Positions 48,490-58,054 of a DNA stretch of 64,000 nt are shown in pieces. Both the position numbers and the translations under genes were made by a program. Positions within the stretch are counted from its first letter, which is position 1. Each line of letters begins with the position of its first letter. The notes beneath the pieces are model-generated. The model worked only from the letters and a program-made list of their open reading frames with translations. It had not been told where the DNA came from and searched no databases. This DNA comes from Parcubacteria group bacterium LiPW_41 (GTDB lineage: Bacteria; Patescibacteriota; Minisyncoccia; UBA6257; GWB1-50-10), in the NCBI GenBank assembly GCA_007375535.1, contig VMEM01000003.1, positions 32,811 to 96,810 on the forward strand, in the 5' to 3' direction.

Positions 48490-49511
48490 TATTAAAGAAA
48501 ATAATTGGAATAGATCTTGGAACCGATACGACTCAAATTTATTTGAAAGGTTCTGGAGTTGTGGTGAATGAACCAACAATCGTTGCGTGCAACAATCGAA
48601 CAGATCGTGTTGTTGCAGTGGGGAATGAAGCAAAAAAAATGCTTGCACGGACACCTGCACATATTACTGCGCTTCGTCCAATTATGAATGGAGTCATTGC
48701 AGATTTTGATATGGTGAAGGAATTGCTTCAAAGTTTTTTGAAGCGAGATGATATTCCATGGTCTTGGATTACTGAAACAATTGTAAGTATTCCAACAAAT
48801 CTTACCGAAGTAGAAAGGAAATCAGTTGAGGATTTATTAAAAGAATCTGGAGCAACTTCTGTGTATCTAATTGAGCAACCACTTGTGGCAGCGTTTGGAA
48901 GTCGATTGGATATAAATCTTCCTTCGGCATTTCTTGTTGTTGATATTGGTGCAGGAACTACTGATATGGCAATTATTTCAATGAATGGAATTGTCGTCTC
49001 TCGTCGTCTCAAGATTGCTGGGGATTATCTCAATCAAGAAATTATAAAAGGAGTACGTGATGAATTACGTTTGCATATTGGAGAGCCAACCGCTGAAGAA
49101 ATAAAGATTGCAGTAGGTTCAGTTATTCCGACTGGCGAACGTCTCGAGCTTACCGTTCGCGGAAGGGATGTGGCCTCTGGACTTCCAAGAGAAATTTCAA
49201 TTCGTGACACACAGGTTCGTTTGTGGCTTGTTCGACCCGTAAAACAAATCATTGAAGCAATAAAAGATTTAATTGAATCAGCTCCACCAGAGCTTGTTGG
49301 AGATATTTACAAAAATGGAATGTATTTTTGTGGTGGGGGAAGTTTGCTTCGGGGAATCGATCAGGTTGCGGAAAAAGAAATTGGTGTGCGTGTTCAAATT
49401 GTTGAAGATCCTTTAGCGTGTGTAGCTCGTGGAACTGGTCTTGTGTGTGAGAAATTTGATACACACAAACACTTGTTAAATAACTTTTCACGTTTGAAGC
49501 TTGATGAGTAG
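48486..49511 (+). CDS. mreB: Rod shape-determining protein MreB (copy 2)
   Basis: IGIDLGT, EPT.VA, GVIADF, T.VERK, DIG.GTT, PPELV.DI; directly upstream of mreC. Confidence 0.92.
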   Translation: MILKKIIGIDLGTDTTQIYLKGSGVVVNEPTIVACNNRTDRVVAVGNEAKKMLARTPAHITALRPIMNGVIADFDMVKELLQSFLKRDDIPWSWITETIVSIPTNLTEVERKSVEDLLKESGATSVYLIEQPLVAAFGSRLDINLPSAFLVVDIGAGTTDMAIISMNGIVVSRRLKIAGDYLNQEIIKGVRDELRLHIGEPTAEEIKIAVGSVIPTGERLELTVRGRDVASGLPREISIRDTQVRLWLVRPVKQIIEAIKDLIESAPPELVGDIYKNGMYFCGGGSLLRGIDQVAEKEIGVRVQIVEDPLACVARGTGLVCEKFDTHKHLLNNFSRLKLDE

Positions 49512-49543
49512 TCGAAATAATAAAATAGGGTTTTTCTAATAAG

Positions 49544-50239
49544 ATGAAAACAACTCGCATATTAGTTCAGGTGTTATTACTCATTTCTCTTATAGTTGCA
49601 CTCCTTATGTTTCGTAGTGAAATAGGTGATTTTATTGTTGGACTTCGTTCCGTTGTGTTTGGTGTGCTTGGTCCCTCATGCGAAGTACAAAAAATGAAAG
49701 ACGTTCAAGCAGAGAATGTATCACTCAAAAAACAAATTGAATTACTTTCACTTAAGATGGGAATAAAGGAGAATAGTGGAGAGCTTGTAGCAAATGTTTA
49801 TTCATCTTATCCATTTAATGACAAAGTTCATATTGTGGTTGATAAGGGGAGTAATGATGGAGTTAACGTTGGAATGCCGGTAATGGTACAAAAAAACATT
49901 GTTATCGGGAAAGTCATTTCAGTTAAAAAAACGCAAAGTGAGATTCAAACTATTTTTGATCCAGAATGGAAAACAAGTGTAGTGATTGGTACCTCGACAG
50001 TAAAGGCGGTTTTGAAAGGGGGAAATACTCCTGAGGTTCAATTTATTCCTAAAGATGCACACATTGTCTCTGGTGAGGAAGTATTAAATATCGCACAGGA
50101 ATTTCCAATTCATACTATACTTGGATCAATTAAATCGGTTCGGGAGGATGAGAAGAAGTTATGGCAGGTCGCGAGTATTGAATTGCCAGTTTCTTTTGAT
50201 GCACTTCGTACGGTAACTATACTTACGACATTTCCATAA
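49544..50239 (+). CDS. mreC: Rod shape-determining protein MreC
   Basis: TM helix, coiled coil (AEN..LK), DKGS.DGV..GMPV, IGKV; synteny. Confidence 0.88.
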   Translation: MKTTRILVQVLLLISLIVALLMFRSEIGDFIVGLRSVVFGVLGPSCEVQKMKDVQAENVSLKKQIELLSLKMGIKENSGELVANVYSSYPFNDKVHIVVDKGSNDGVNVGMPVMVQKNIVIGKVISVKKTQSEIQTIFDPEWKTSVVIGTSTVKAVLKGGNTPEVQFIPKDAHIVSGEEVLNIAQEFPIHTILGSIKSVREDEKKLWQVASIELPVSFDALRTVTILTTFP

Positions 50240-50242
50240 TTT

Positions 50243-50719
50243 ATGAAAAATTTTTCTTCCTTTCTCTTTCTTCTTTTAATTGGAGTTATTGCGCTCATTC
50301 TTATGAATTCGGGCGCACTTCGTTTTTTTAATATAAACCCTAATTTATTTCTCTTATTTATAATTGCGCTCATTGCTACTCGCGCTAAAAACAGTATTAT
50401 CGTTTCCTTATTGTTTTTTAGTCTATTTGTTGGATTTGTTTTGTATCCCTTTTGGATTTTAGAATATTCACTTTTGTGTCTCGTTGGGTTTTTATTACTT
50501 TTCTTTCGTTCACGACTTACTGGAAATCAAATAAGTGACTCACTAATTCTTTCTTTTTCCGGTTCTCTCTTTTTCTCACTTTGTTTGTGGTTTTTTTCTC
50601 ATTCGTCATTTTCTATATCCCAATTACTTTATCAACTTATTTATGACTTGATATGTGGGTTTATTTTTGTATTGTTGCTTCGACCGATAATTAAAAGGGG
50701 AGGAATTTCAAAGCTATGA
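50243..50719 (+). CDS. mreD: MreD-like membrane protein
   Basis: Very hydrophobic, PNL.L motif, lies between mreC and mrdA. Confidence 0.65.
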   Translation: MKNFSSFLFLLLIGVIALILMNSGALRFFNINPNLFLLFIIALIATRAKNSIIVSLLFFSLFVGFVLYPFWILEYSLLCLVGFLLLFFRSRLTGNQISDSLILSFSGSLFFSLCLWFFSHSSFSISQLLYQLIYDLICGFIFVLLLRPIIKRGGISKL

Positions 50720-52581
50720 GATCAAGAAAGAATATTGAATTTGAAGAAATACTTTCTGACAAAAGCGTCGAGGGAAGTGTGCGAGAGGTTCCTGTTTCTG
50801 AAAGGACTTTTTTTGTCTTTGTTTCTTTTGTTGTTTTGATAGTAGGAATAGCAATCGTTGAACTTTTGTGGCTAAATGTTGGAAAGCGAGATCAGTATGT
50901 TGAAAGAGCACTTGATAATGTTTCTGACTCAAAGGTAAAACATTCTCCTCGAGGTATTATTTTTGATAGGTTTGAAAAAGCAATGACTGAAAACGCGCCA
51001 GCATTCAATGTGTATCTTATTCCTCAAAAACTTCCCATTGATATAGTTCAACGCGAAGAAGCAATAAAACGGATTGCAGATATTTTGAAGATGTCAGAGT
51101 GGGAACTTGTGCAGAAAATTGGAGACAGGGATTGGTCATTGTCTGGGAAAATGCTTTTAAGTGACGACATTACTCAGGATCAACTTGTTGAACTTTCTTC
51201 TTCTGAACATCTGGGCATTTCTATTGAGGAAAGTTTTCGACGAATTCATTCGGTCCCGTATGCATTTTCTGAATTTATTGGATATACAGGGCTTGTGAAC
51301 AAAGAGGATATTTCAAATGACTCCAATCTTACTATTGATGATCAGATTGGTCGTTCTGGACTTGAAATGTATTATGATCAATTTCTACGTGGAATTAATG
51401 GAAAAGACGTTGTGTATAAAACAGCAAGGGGAGAGATAAAAAATGAGCGCATAGAGCGAGAGCCAAAACCAGGAAAGAATGTTATTACATATATTGATTC
51501 TGAGCTTCAAACCGTTTTTTATAATAGTTTAAAGAAACAACTTGAATTTCTTGGAAGGGATGTTGGTGTTGGTATTGCAATTGATCCTAGAAATGGAGAA
51601 GTTCTTGCTCTAACCTCTGTTCCTGGATTTGATCCACATAAAATAGGAAGTGCGTTAGTTGATTCTCGGAGACCTTTGTTTAATAGAACCATTGCGGGGG
51701 TATATAACCCAGGATCAACAATAAAACCGCTTGTTGCTGTTGCTGCCCTTACGGAGAATATAATAACTCCAGTTTCAAGTTTTTTTTCTTCTGGAATGCT
51801 TGAAATACCAAACCCATACAATCCTTCACTTCCTTCCCGTTTTCCTGACAACAAAGCGCATGGATGGGTGAATGTTCGGTCTGCGATTGCTCGTTCGAGT
51901 AATGTGTTTTTTTATATTGTTGGAGGTGGATATCAGAACCAGAAAGGACTTGGAATCTACAAACTTAAGGAATGGTGGGGAGCTTTTGGGCTTGCAGAAA
52001 GAACTGGCATTGATATTCCCGGAGAAAAAGTTGGATTTCTTCCTGATCCAGAGTGGAAAGAAAAGGCAACAGATGATCCTTGGCGTTTAGGAGATACTTA
52101 CCATGTATCAATTGGACAGGGAGATTTTTCAGTAACTCCAATTGAACTATTAAATTACATTTGTGCAATTGCTAACGGGGGAACTCTCTACAAACCAAGA
52201 GTTGTCGATCGTATTAATGGTGTTGATGGAAGTGAATTGTTAAAAACATATCCAAGTGTTATAAGAGATTTAAAAACGAAAATTTCTTCGAGTGCACTTC
52301 ATGAGGTGCAAGAAGGAATGAAGGACACAATCGAAATGTCATACGGAACTGGATATTTACTTCATGATATTCCAATGCGCATTGCGGCAAAATCAGGAAC
52401 AGCACAGGTTCAAAATAACGCAAAGACAAATGCATTTTTTGTAGGATATGCCCCAGCGGAAGATCCAAAGATTGCTATACTCGTACTTGTCGAGAACTCA
52501 CGAGAAGGGAGCTTGAACGCAACTCCAGTAGCCAGAGAGGTTCTCCTATGGTACTATAATAATCGTCTCAAGGAGTTATAA
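50716..52581 (+). CDS. mrdA: Penicillin-binding protein 2 (class B)
   Basis: PRG.I.DR, G.SGLE..YD, GSTIK (SxxK), SSN, KSGTAQ. Confidence 0.93.
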   Translation: MRSRKNIEFEEILSDKSVEGSVREVPVSERTFFVFVSFVVLIVGIAIVELLWLNVGKRDQYVERALDNVSDSKVKHSPRGIIFDRFEKAMTENAPAFNVYLIPQKLPIDIVQREEAIKRIADILKMSEWELVQKIGDRDWSLSGKMLLSDDITQDQLVELSSSEHLGISIEESFRRIHSVPYAFSEFIGYTGLVNKEDISNDSNLTIDDQIGRSGLEMYYDQFLRGINGKDVVYKTARGEIKNERIEREPKPGKNVITYIDSELQTVFYNSLKKQLEFLGRDVGVGIAIDPRNGEVLALTSVPGFDPHKIGSALVDSRRPLFNRTIAGVYNPGSTIKPLVAVAALTENIITPVSSFFSSGMLEIPNPYNPSLPSRFPDNKAHGWVNVRSAIARSSNVFFYIVGGGYQNQKGLGIYKLKEWWGAFGLAERTGIDIPGEKVGFLPDPEWKEKATDDPWRLGDTYHVSIGQGDFSVTPIELLNYICAIANGGTLYKPRVVDRINGVDGSELLKTYPSVIRDLKTKISSSALHEVQEGMKDTIEMSYGTGYLLHDIPMRIAAKSGTAQVQNNAKTNAFFVGYAPAEDPKIAILVLVENSREGSLNATPVAREVLLWYYNNRLKEL

Positions 52582-52602
52582 ACCCTTGGGTTTTCTAAAA
52601 TT

Positions 52603-53073
52603 ATGTCAACAAAGAAAAACTACCTCACAAAAGAGCGATACGAAGAGATTGTTACTGAGCTTGAGTCATTGAGGCTTGAAGGACGTCGTACGGTTGCAGA
52701 GCGTTTAAAACACGCAAAGGAACTTGGTGATTTATCGGAAAATTCAGAATATCAAGAAGCTCGCGACGAGCAGGCACGTCTTGAGGGAAAAATTGCAGAA
52801 CTAGAAGATCTTCTTCGAAATTCGGCTATTATTGAAAAAACTGGAAATGGAACGGGTGGAGTTCGCGTTGGTTCAAAAGTGACAGTAAAGAAGGGAAGTG
52901 AAAAAAGAGTTTTCACAATCGTTGGTTCAAATGAATCAAAACCAACCGAAGGGTTGATTTCAAATGAATCACCAATTGGACAGGCACTTATTGGAAAAAA
53001 AGATGGAGACAAAGTAACCGTTGTTACCCCAACAGGTCTTACTGTTGATTACACAATACTTTCTATTGAGTAA
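52603..53073 (+). CDS. greA: Transcription elongation factor GreA
   Basis: GDLSENSEY..AR.EQ, IS.ESPIG.AL.GK. Confidence 0.96.
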   Translation: MSTKKNYLTKERYEEIVTELESLRLEGRRTVAERLKHAKELGDLSENSEYQEARDEQARLEGKIAELEDLLRNSAIIEKTGNGTGGVRVGSKVTVKKGSEKRVFTIVGSNESKPTEGLISNESPIGQALIGKKDGDKVTVVTPTGLTVDYTILSIE

Positions 53074-53079
53074 CTATTT

Positions 53080-54522
53080 ATGATTGAAGATATCATTGAA
53101 GAGCGAAAGAAAAAACTTGCTGAATATTCAAAAACGGCAGGTGCATATCCTGCGCGTGTTTCGCGCGATATGGTAATTTCAGATGCGATTTCGAAATTTG
53201 ATGAATTATCTGAAACAAAAAAACAAATTTCTCTTGTTGGAAGAGTGACAGCACTCAGAGATCAGGGAAAGATATTGTTTTGTGATTTGAAAGATGAGAG
53301 TGGAAAAATTCAAGTGGTAGTGAATGAGGCTGAAATAAAAGATTTTGGACTTATTCAGAGCACACTTGATATTGGTGATTTTTTTGAGGTTTCAGGATCA
53401 TTGTTTGCAACAAAACGTGGAGAAAAAAGTATTTTACCAACATCTGCTCGAATTGTTGGAAAAAGCATTCGTCCTCTTCCTTCGGAGTGGTATGGATTGG
53501 AGGACACTGAGATACGTTTGAGAAAACGATATCTTGATATGCTCACACATCCCGAGATCCGTGATTTATTTATAAAGAAAGATATTTTTTGGACAACAAT
53601 TAGAAACTTTTTAAAGACTGAAGGATTTCGAGAAGTTGAAACCGCAGTACTTGAGCCAGTTCCTGGGGGAGCAGAGGCGGAACCATTTGTTACTCATCAT
53701 AACGCACTTGATACCAATTTCTATTTACGTATTTCTCTTGAACTTCCACTCAAGCGATTGCTTGTTGGTGGATATGAAAAAGTATTTGAAATTGGAAGAA
53801 TTTTTAGAAACGAAGGAATTGATCGAGAACATCTTCAGGACTATACGCAGATGGAATGTTATTGGGCATATGCTGACTATAACAACATGATGGATCTTAC
53901 TCGAAAGATGTATCAAGAGGCAGTAAAAAATGTAACAGGAGGATATGTGACAACATATCAAGATATGGAAATTGACTGGAGTGGTGAATGGCCAATGGTT
54001 GATTACTATGAGGTATTTAAAAAAGAGACGGGATTAGATTTAAAAACTACAACTATAGAAGAGTTACAAAGGAAAGCAGAAGAGGTACGAGCCAGAATTG
54101 AACCAAATATGGGACGCGGTCGTCTCATTGATTTGGTATACAAAAAAGCAGTTCGTCCATTATTACTTCAGCCATGTTTTCTAGTAAATCCTCCAGTGGA
54201 CATTGAACCACTTGCAAAGCGAAGCGAAGAAGACAGTGGAAGAGTTGAACGGTTTCAAATTATGGCGGGAGGAACAGAACTTGGAAAGGGATTTTCAGAA
54301 CTCAATGATCCACTTGATCAGCGCGCTCGATTTGAAGAACAAATGAAGCTTCGAGAAGCAGGAGATAGTGAAGCACAAAGAATTGATGATGATTTCCTTG
54401 AGGCGCTTGAATATGGAATGCCACCTGCTGCAGGATTTGGACTTTCCGAACGTTTATTTTCAGTGATTATGAATAGGCCGATTCGAGAAACAGTTATCTT
54501 TCCTCTTATGAGGCAAGAATAA
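53080..54522 (+). CDS. lysS: Lysine--tRNA ligase (class II)
   Basis: R.RYLD, GGA.A.PF.THHNA, LRI..EL.LKRL.VGG, FRNEGID..H, EYGMPP.AG.G. Confidence 0.97.
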   Translation: MIEDIIEERKKKLAEYSKTAGAYPARVSRDMVISDAISKFDELSETKKQISLVGRVTALRDQGKILFCDLKDESGKIQVVVNEAEIKDFGLIQSTLDIGDFFEVSGSLFATKRGEKSILPTSARIVGKSIRPLPSEWYGLEDTEIRLRKRYLDMLTHPEIRDLFIKKDIFWTTIRNFLKTEGFREVETAVLEPVPGGAEAEPFVTHHNALDTNFYLRISLELPLKRLLVGGYEKVFEIGRIFRNEGIDREHLQDYTQMECYWAYADYNNMMDLTRKMYQEAVKNVTGGYVTTYQDMEIDWSGEWPMVDYYEVFKKETGLDLKTTTIEELQRKAEEVRARIEPNMGRGRLIDLVYKKAVRPLLLQPCFLVNPPVDIEPLAKRSEEDSGRVERFQIMAGGTELGKGFSELNDPLDQRARFEEQMKLREAGDSEAQRIDDDFLEALEYGMPPAAGFGLSERLFSVIMNRPIRETVIFPLMRQE

Positions 54523-54524
54523 TT

Positions 54525-54866
54525 ATGACGCTTAAAGAATTAAGTTTATTTATCAAAGCTGAAGACGCACGATTGCGTACTATGCATGGAAATTCTGAAG
54601 ATACAGAAAAAAGACTTCTTGCACACTCAGTTAAATTATCTGAAGAAGTGGGAGAGTTAAGTGAGATTGTTCTCTCTTATTGCTCACTTCAACGAAAAGA
54701 AAAATTAAATAAGTTTGATAAGGAACACATTCCAGGAGAATTTGCTGATGTGATTATTGTGTGTGCATTACTTGCAAATGCAATGGATGTTGATCTTGAG
54801 GATGCAATTGAGAAAAAAATAAAAGTCATTGAGGAAAGGCATAAAAAACATTTAGAAACAGTATGA
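54525..54866 (+). CDS. MazG-like nucleotide pyrophosphohydrolase
   Basis: KL.EEVGEL, E.ADV.I. Confidence 0.85.
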   Translation: MTLKELSLFIKAEDARLRTMHGNSEDTEKRLLAHSVKLSEEVGELSEIVLSYCSLQRKEKLNKFDKEHIPGEFADVIIVCALLANAMDVDLEDAIEKKIKVIEERHKKHLETV

Positions 54867-54962
54867 GATTAGGAAAATTACGATCATTTATTGATGCGGT
54901 TGACTCACGAAAGCTAAATTAAAGCATCATTATTTTAGTCGTAGCAATAAATCAAAAAAATT

Positions 54963-56225
54963 ATGTTAGATATTCAATATATTCGTGAGAACGTAGAAAA
55001 AGTAAAAAAAGGGATGGAGAAAAAACGACAAGACCCGAAACTTGTTGATAAATTTTTGCATGCTGATGAAGAACTTCGAGCAAAAATTCTTGCATTTGAA
55101 ACATTAAAAGCAGAACAAAATGCACTTTCAAAGCAACTTTCTGCAGGACGAAGTGAAGACTTGGTGAATAAGGCACAAGTGATGAAAAAGAGACTTTCTG
55201 AACTTGAAACAGAGCGAGAAGAACTTGAGAAGAAGAGAAGTGATATTCTCTCTCGTATTCCTAACTTACCATTTGAAGATGTAATAATTGGAAAAGACGA
55301 GACAGAAAATAAAGTATTAAGAGAAGTGGGGGAGAAGCGTAATTTCGAAAAGGAAGGATTCAAACCGCTTGATTATCTTGAACTTGGAGAAAAATTAGAA
55401 ATTATTAATGTAAAAAAAGCAGCGGAGGTTTCTGGAAGCAGGTTCGGATATTTATTAAAAGATGCAGTACTTTTGGAATTTGCATTGGTAAAACTTGCAA
55501 TGGATGTATTACTTGAAAGAAGCTTCACTCCAGCAGTTCCCCCAGTAATGATTAAACCAGATGTGTATGAAGGAATGGGGCGTCTTGCAGCAGACCAGAA
55601 AGACGAGCGATATTATTTTGAAAAAGATGATTTATATCTCGTTGGAAGTTCAGAACACACGATGGGTCCGATTCATATGAACGAGGTATTGGAAATTGAA
55701 ACACTCCCACGACGTTATGTAGCATTCTCAACCTGTTTCCGAAGAGAAGCGGGAACATATGGAAAAGACACTAAGGGAATTTTGAGAGTACATCAGTTTG
55801 ATAAGGTTGAAATGTTTGCATTTTCAAATCCAGAAAAATCGGAGGAAGAACATAAATTCCTTTTGGATTGTCAGGAAACATTATGGAAGAAACTTGAAAT
55901 TCCTTATCGTGTGATTGAATTATGTACGGGAGATATGGGATGGACCGATGCGCGACAATTTGATATTGAGGCATGGATGCCAGGACAGGGAACATATCGA
56001 GAAACCAATTCGTGTTCAAATACTACTGATTTCCAGTCACGAGGAACAAATATAAAGTACAAGACAAAAGACGGAAAGAAAGAATTAGTACATATGTTGA
56101 ACGCAACCGCATTTGCAATCGGAAGAACAATTATTGCGATTATTGAAAATAATCAGCAGAAAGACGGAACGATAAAAGTACCAAAGGCATTGCAAGCGTA
56201 TCTAGGGAAGGAATTTATTAGTTAA
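54963..56225 (+). CDS. serS: Serine--tRNA ligase
   Basis: MLDI..IR.N, IPN, CFRREAG..G.DT.GI.RVHQF.KVE, SCSN.TDFQ.R, LNATA.A..R. Confidence 0.97.
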   Translation: MLDIQYIRENVEKVKKGMEKKRQDPKLVDKFLHADEELRAKILAFETLKAEQNALSKQLSAGRSEDLVNKAQVMKKRLSELETEREELEKKRSDILSRIPNLPFEDVIIGKDETENKVLREVGEKRNFEKEGFKPLDYLELGEKLEIINVKKAAEVSGSRFGYLLKDAVLLEFALVKLAMDVLLERSFTPAVPPVMIKPDVYEGMGRLAADQKDERYYFEKDDLYLVGSSEHTMGPIHMNEVLEIETLPRRYVAFSTCFRREAGTYGKDTKGILRVHQFDKVEMFAFSNPEKSEEEHKFLLDCQETLWKKLEIPYRVIELCTGDMGWTDARQFDIEAWMPGQGTYRETNSCSNTTDFQSRGTNIKYKTKDGKKELVHMLNATAFAIGRTIIAIIENNQQKDGTIKVPKALQAYLGKEFIS

Positions 56226-56236
56226 AAGCTACTATA

Positions 56237-56266
56237 AAAAACTGAATTATTAACATTCAGTTTTTT
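56237..56266 (+). terminator. Terminator after serS
   Basis: AAAAACTGAAT-tattaac-ATTCAGTTTTTT. Confidence 0.65.
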
Positions 56267-56289
56267 GTCATTATGGTTATTAAATAGGA

Positions 56290-56332
56290 CATTGGTAGAG
56301 CTATATACTGGAAAGGAGTAGCTCTACCAATG
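56290..56332. repeat. Perfect 14-bp inverted repeat
   Basis: CATTGGTAGAGCTA (56290-303) / TAGCTCTACCAATG (56319-332). Confidence 0.85.
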
Positions 56333-56523
56333 GAATTTTTGTTTGTGGGTACTGGGGGAAGAGATGGTGTTTTGTGAGAGAAAATGCGCTTATTTCCGGT
56401 ATATCTAAACTGGTTGCATTTTCTGTAATAGTGTGGTATAATATCAAAATCATTTAAAACGGTTATTTTGGGTCTTTGCGAACGTCAAAGATGAGGAATA
56501 GCCACCATATATGGAGGTATGCT

Positions 56524-57171
56524 ATGCAAAGCATATTCACAAAAGCAATTGATTTAATTTCAAATTTCAACATCAAATTCAGAACGAGTGCGATGAAGCA
56601 AGAAATTACTGACGAGGGCTTTCAAATTCTTATTAGTAGTGATGATTTTATTGATCTTGTTGCTCGGGAAGGGAAAAGATTTTTAAAAGAATCTAAGAAA
56701 TTTTTATCCACATTTAAAGAATCGATCTCAATAACAACATCAGCATTCGGCAAATCACTATTTACAACAAGTATTAATCCTAGATACTTCATTTGGGAAA
56801 ACTTTCAGAAACGGATGTTAAACAAAGCATCTGATCTTATCCCCGAATTCAAAGGAGTGTTGAAATCAATGAGGCTTACCAAAAGCATAAAAGATTATGA
56901 AATCCTTGCAGAAATTGGTGAATCAAATATTTTCTCTATTGACGAAGCATGCGCCATTTTCAAGGCACTTACCGAACGTCAGCCAAATGGTGAAGCGGGT
57001 GATCTTCTAAACGACAGATATGCAAACATCATCTATGTTCGATTAGACGAAGAAACGGTTGTTCCCTCGTTTGTGTGTTGGGATTCTAGCGATTGCAAGT
57101 GGCGTTTGGCTGCATTCTCGTTTGATGACAGATCGTGGGATGCTGGCCCTTGTGTTCTTGTTCGGGGCTAA
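56524..57171 (+). CDS. Hypothetical protein resembling CPR DGR target proteins (C-type-lectin-like C-terminus)
   Basis: GGAGGT SD; TTGCAT-17-TATAAT promoter (56414-442); QPNGE.G.LL...YANI.YV ... V.W......W...A...DD..W.AG..V..R C-terminus; adenine-poor 3' end. Confidence 0.65.
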   Translation: MQSIFTKAIDLISNFNIKFRTSAMKQEITDEGFQILISSDDFIDLVAREGKRFLKESKKFLSTFKESISITTSAFGKSLFTTSINPRYFIWENFQKRMLNKASDLIPEFKGVLKSMRLTKSIKDYEILAEIGESNIFSIDEACAIFKALTERQPNGEAGDLLNDRYANIIYVRLDEETVVPSFVCWDSSDCKWRLAAFSFDDRSWDAGPCVLVRG

Positions 57172-57213
57172 TCGTCTTGAACACTGATATATTAATTTGA
57201 TTATTGTTTTATT

Positions 57214-57246
57214 GACCCTGTTTCCGAATGGAGATGGGGTCGTTTT
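57214..57246 (+). terminator. GC-rich hairpin after the DGR-target-like gene
   Basis: GACCCTGTTTCC-gaat-GGAGATGGGGTC then GTTTT. Confidence 0.6.
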
Positions 57247-57281
57247 ATATTTGTTAATTTATTTCGTGCTAAAATAGAGGG

Positions 57282-57980
57282 GTGAATGGATTTGTGAAAT
57301 TTATATTGTGGACAGTTGTTCTCTCTGCGTTGGGGTATTTTGGATATCAAGCATATACAAAATGGTGGGATGCAGATGTATTCAATCAGAAAAAAGATCA
57401 GATTACTGAAACACTAGGAAACACCGCGAGTAGCACCAAGGGAGTGCTAACAGAGAAGGCAGGAGAAGCAAAAGAAAAAATAGGAGAATATACCAATCAA
57501 GTTGTGGGAGAGGCAAAAGAGGGAGCTCTGCAATTTATTCAAAGAAAAATTGGAGAGGGAATTTCGGCACTTGGGGAGAGTATAAGTGGTGTTGGAGGAA
57601 CTGTTGGTGGTGCTACCACTACAATTCAATATGTTCCTGTCTCAATTCCTTCTATTGTTTCTTCATATAGTAATAGTGCGACACAAAGTTCTCCGCAGAT
57701 TTCTACGTTCCCAAATCCAACAAGTACTGGGTTTTTAAACCCTCCTCCACCTACTGCTATCAGCACAAAGGAAAATGTTCCGTTAATATTTTCAATAAAT
57801 ACTCCTGTGCATTATCATGTAGATTGGGGTGACGGATCAAAGGAAGAAGGAACAGAAACAGCTGGTGTGGTGAAATTGATTAGTCACACATGGAATATAA
57901 AAGGAGACTATATTGTGACAGTAACTATTGAAGAAGGAACGCCAAAAGGAAATACGGTCTTTCCAATTAGGGTATACTAA
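57282..57980 (+). CDS. Membrane-anchored protein with a C-terminal PKD domain
   Basis: N-terminal TM helix; Y.VDWGDG..E, SHTW..KGDY.VTVT. Confidence 0.75.
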   Translation: MNGFVKFILWTVVLSALGYFGYQAYTKWWDADVFNQKKDQITETLGNTASSTKGVLTEKAGEAKEKIGEYTNQVVGEAKEGALQFIQRKIGEGISALGESISGVGGTVGGATTTIQYVPVSIPSIVSSYSNSATQSSPQISTFPNPTSTGFLNPPPPTAISTKENVPLIFSINTPVHYHVDWGDGSKEEGTETAGVVKLISHTWNIKGDYIVTVTIEEGTPKGNTVFPIRVY

Positions 57981-57985
57981 CAGAA

Positions 57986-58030
57986 GTGCGAATCTCAAAA
58001 GTCAAAGTTCAAAAGTTATATCAATTTTGA
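57986..58030. repeat. Degenerate heptamer array (NNTCAAA)
   Basis: GTGCGAA TCTCAAA AGTCAAA GTTCAAA AGTTATA then TCAATTTTGA. Confidence 0.7.
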
Positions 58031-58054
58031 AAAACCAGTGAACTTCCAAACAAG

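Noticed and set aside
54863-54922. 19-codon ORF MRLGKLRSFIDAVDSRKLN overlapping the MazG stop
   Set aside because: Too short to support, and not Ser-rich as a serS leader peptide would be
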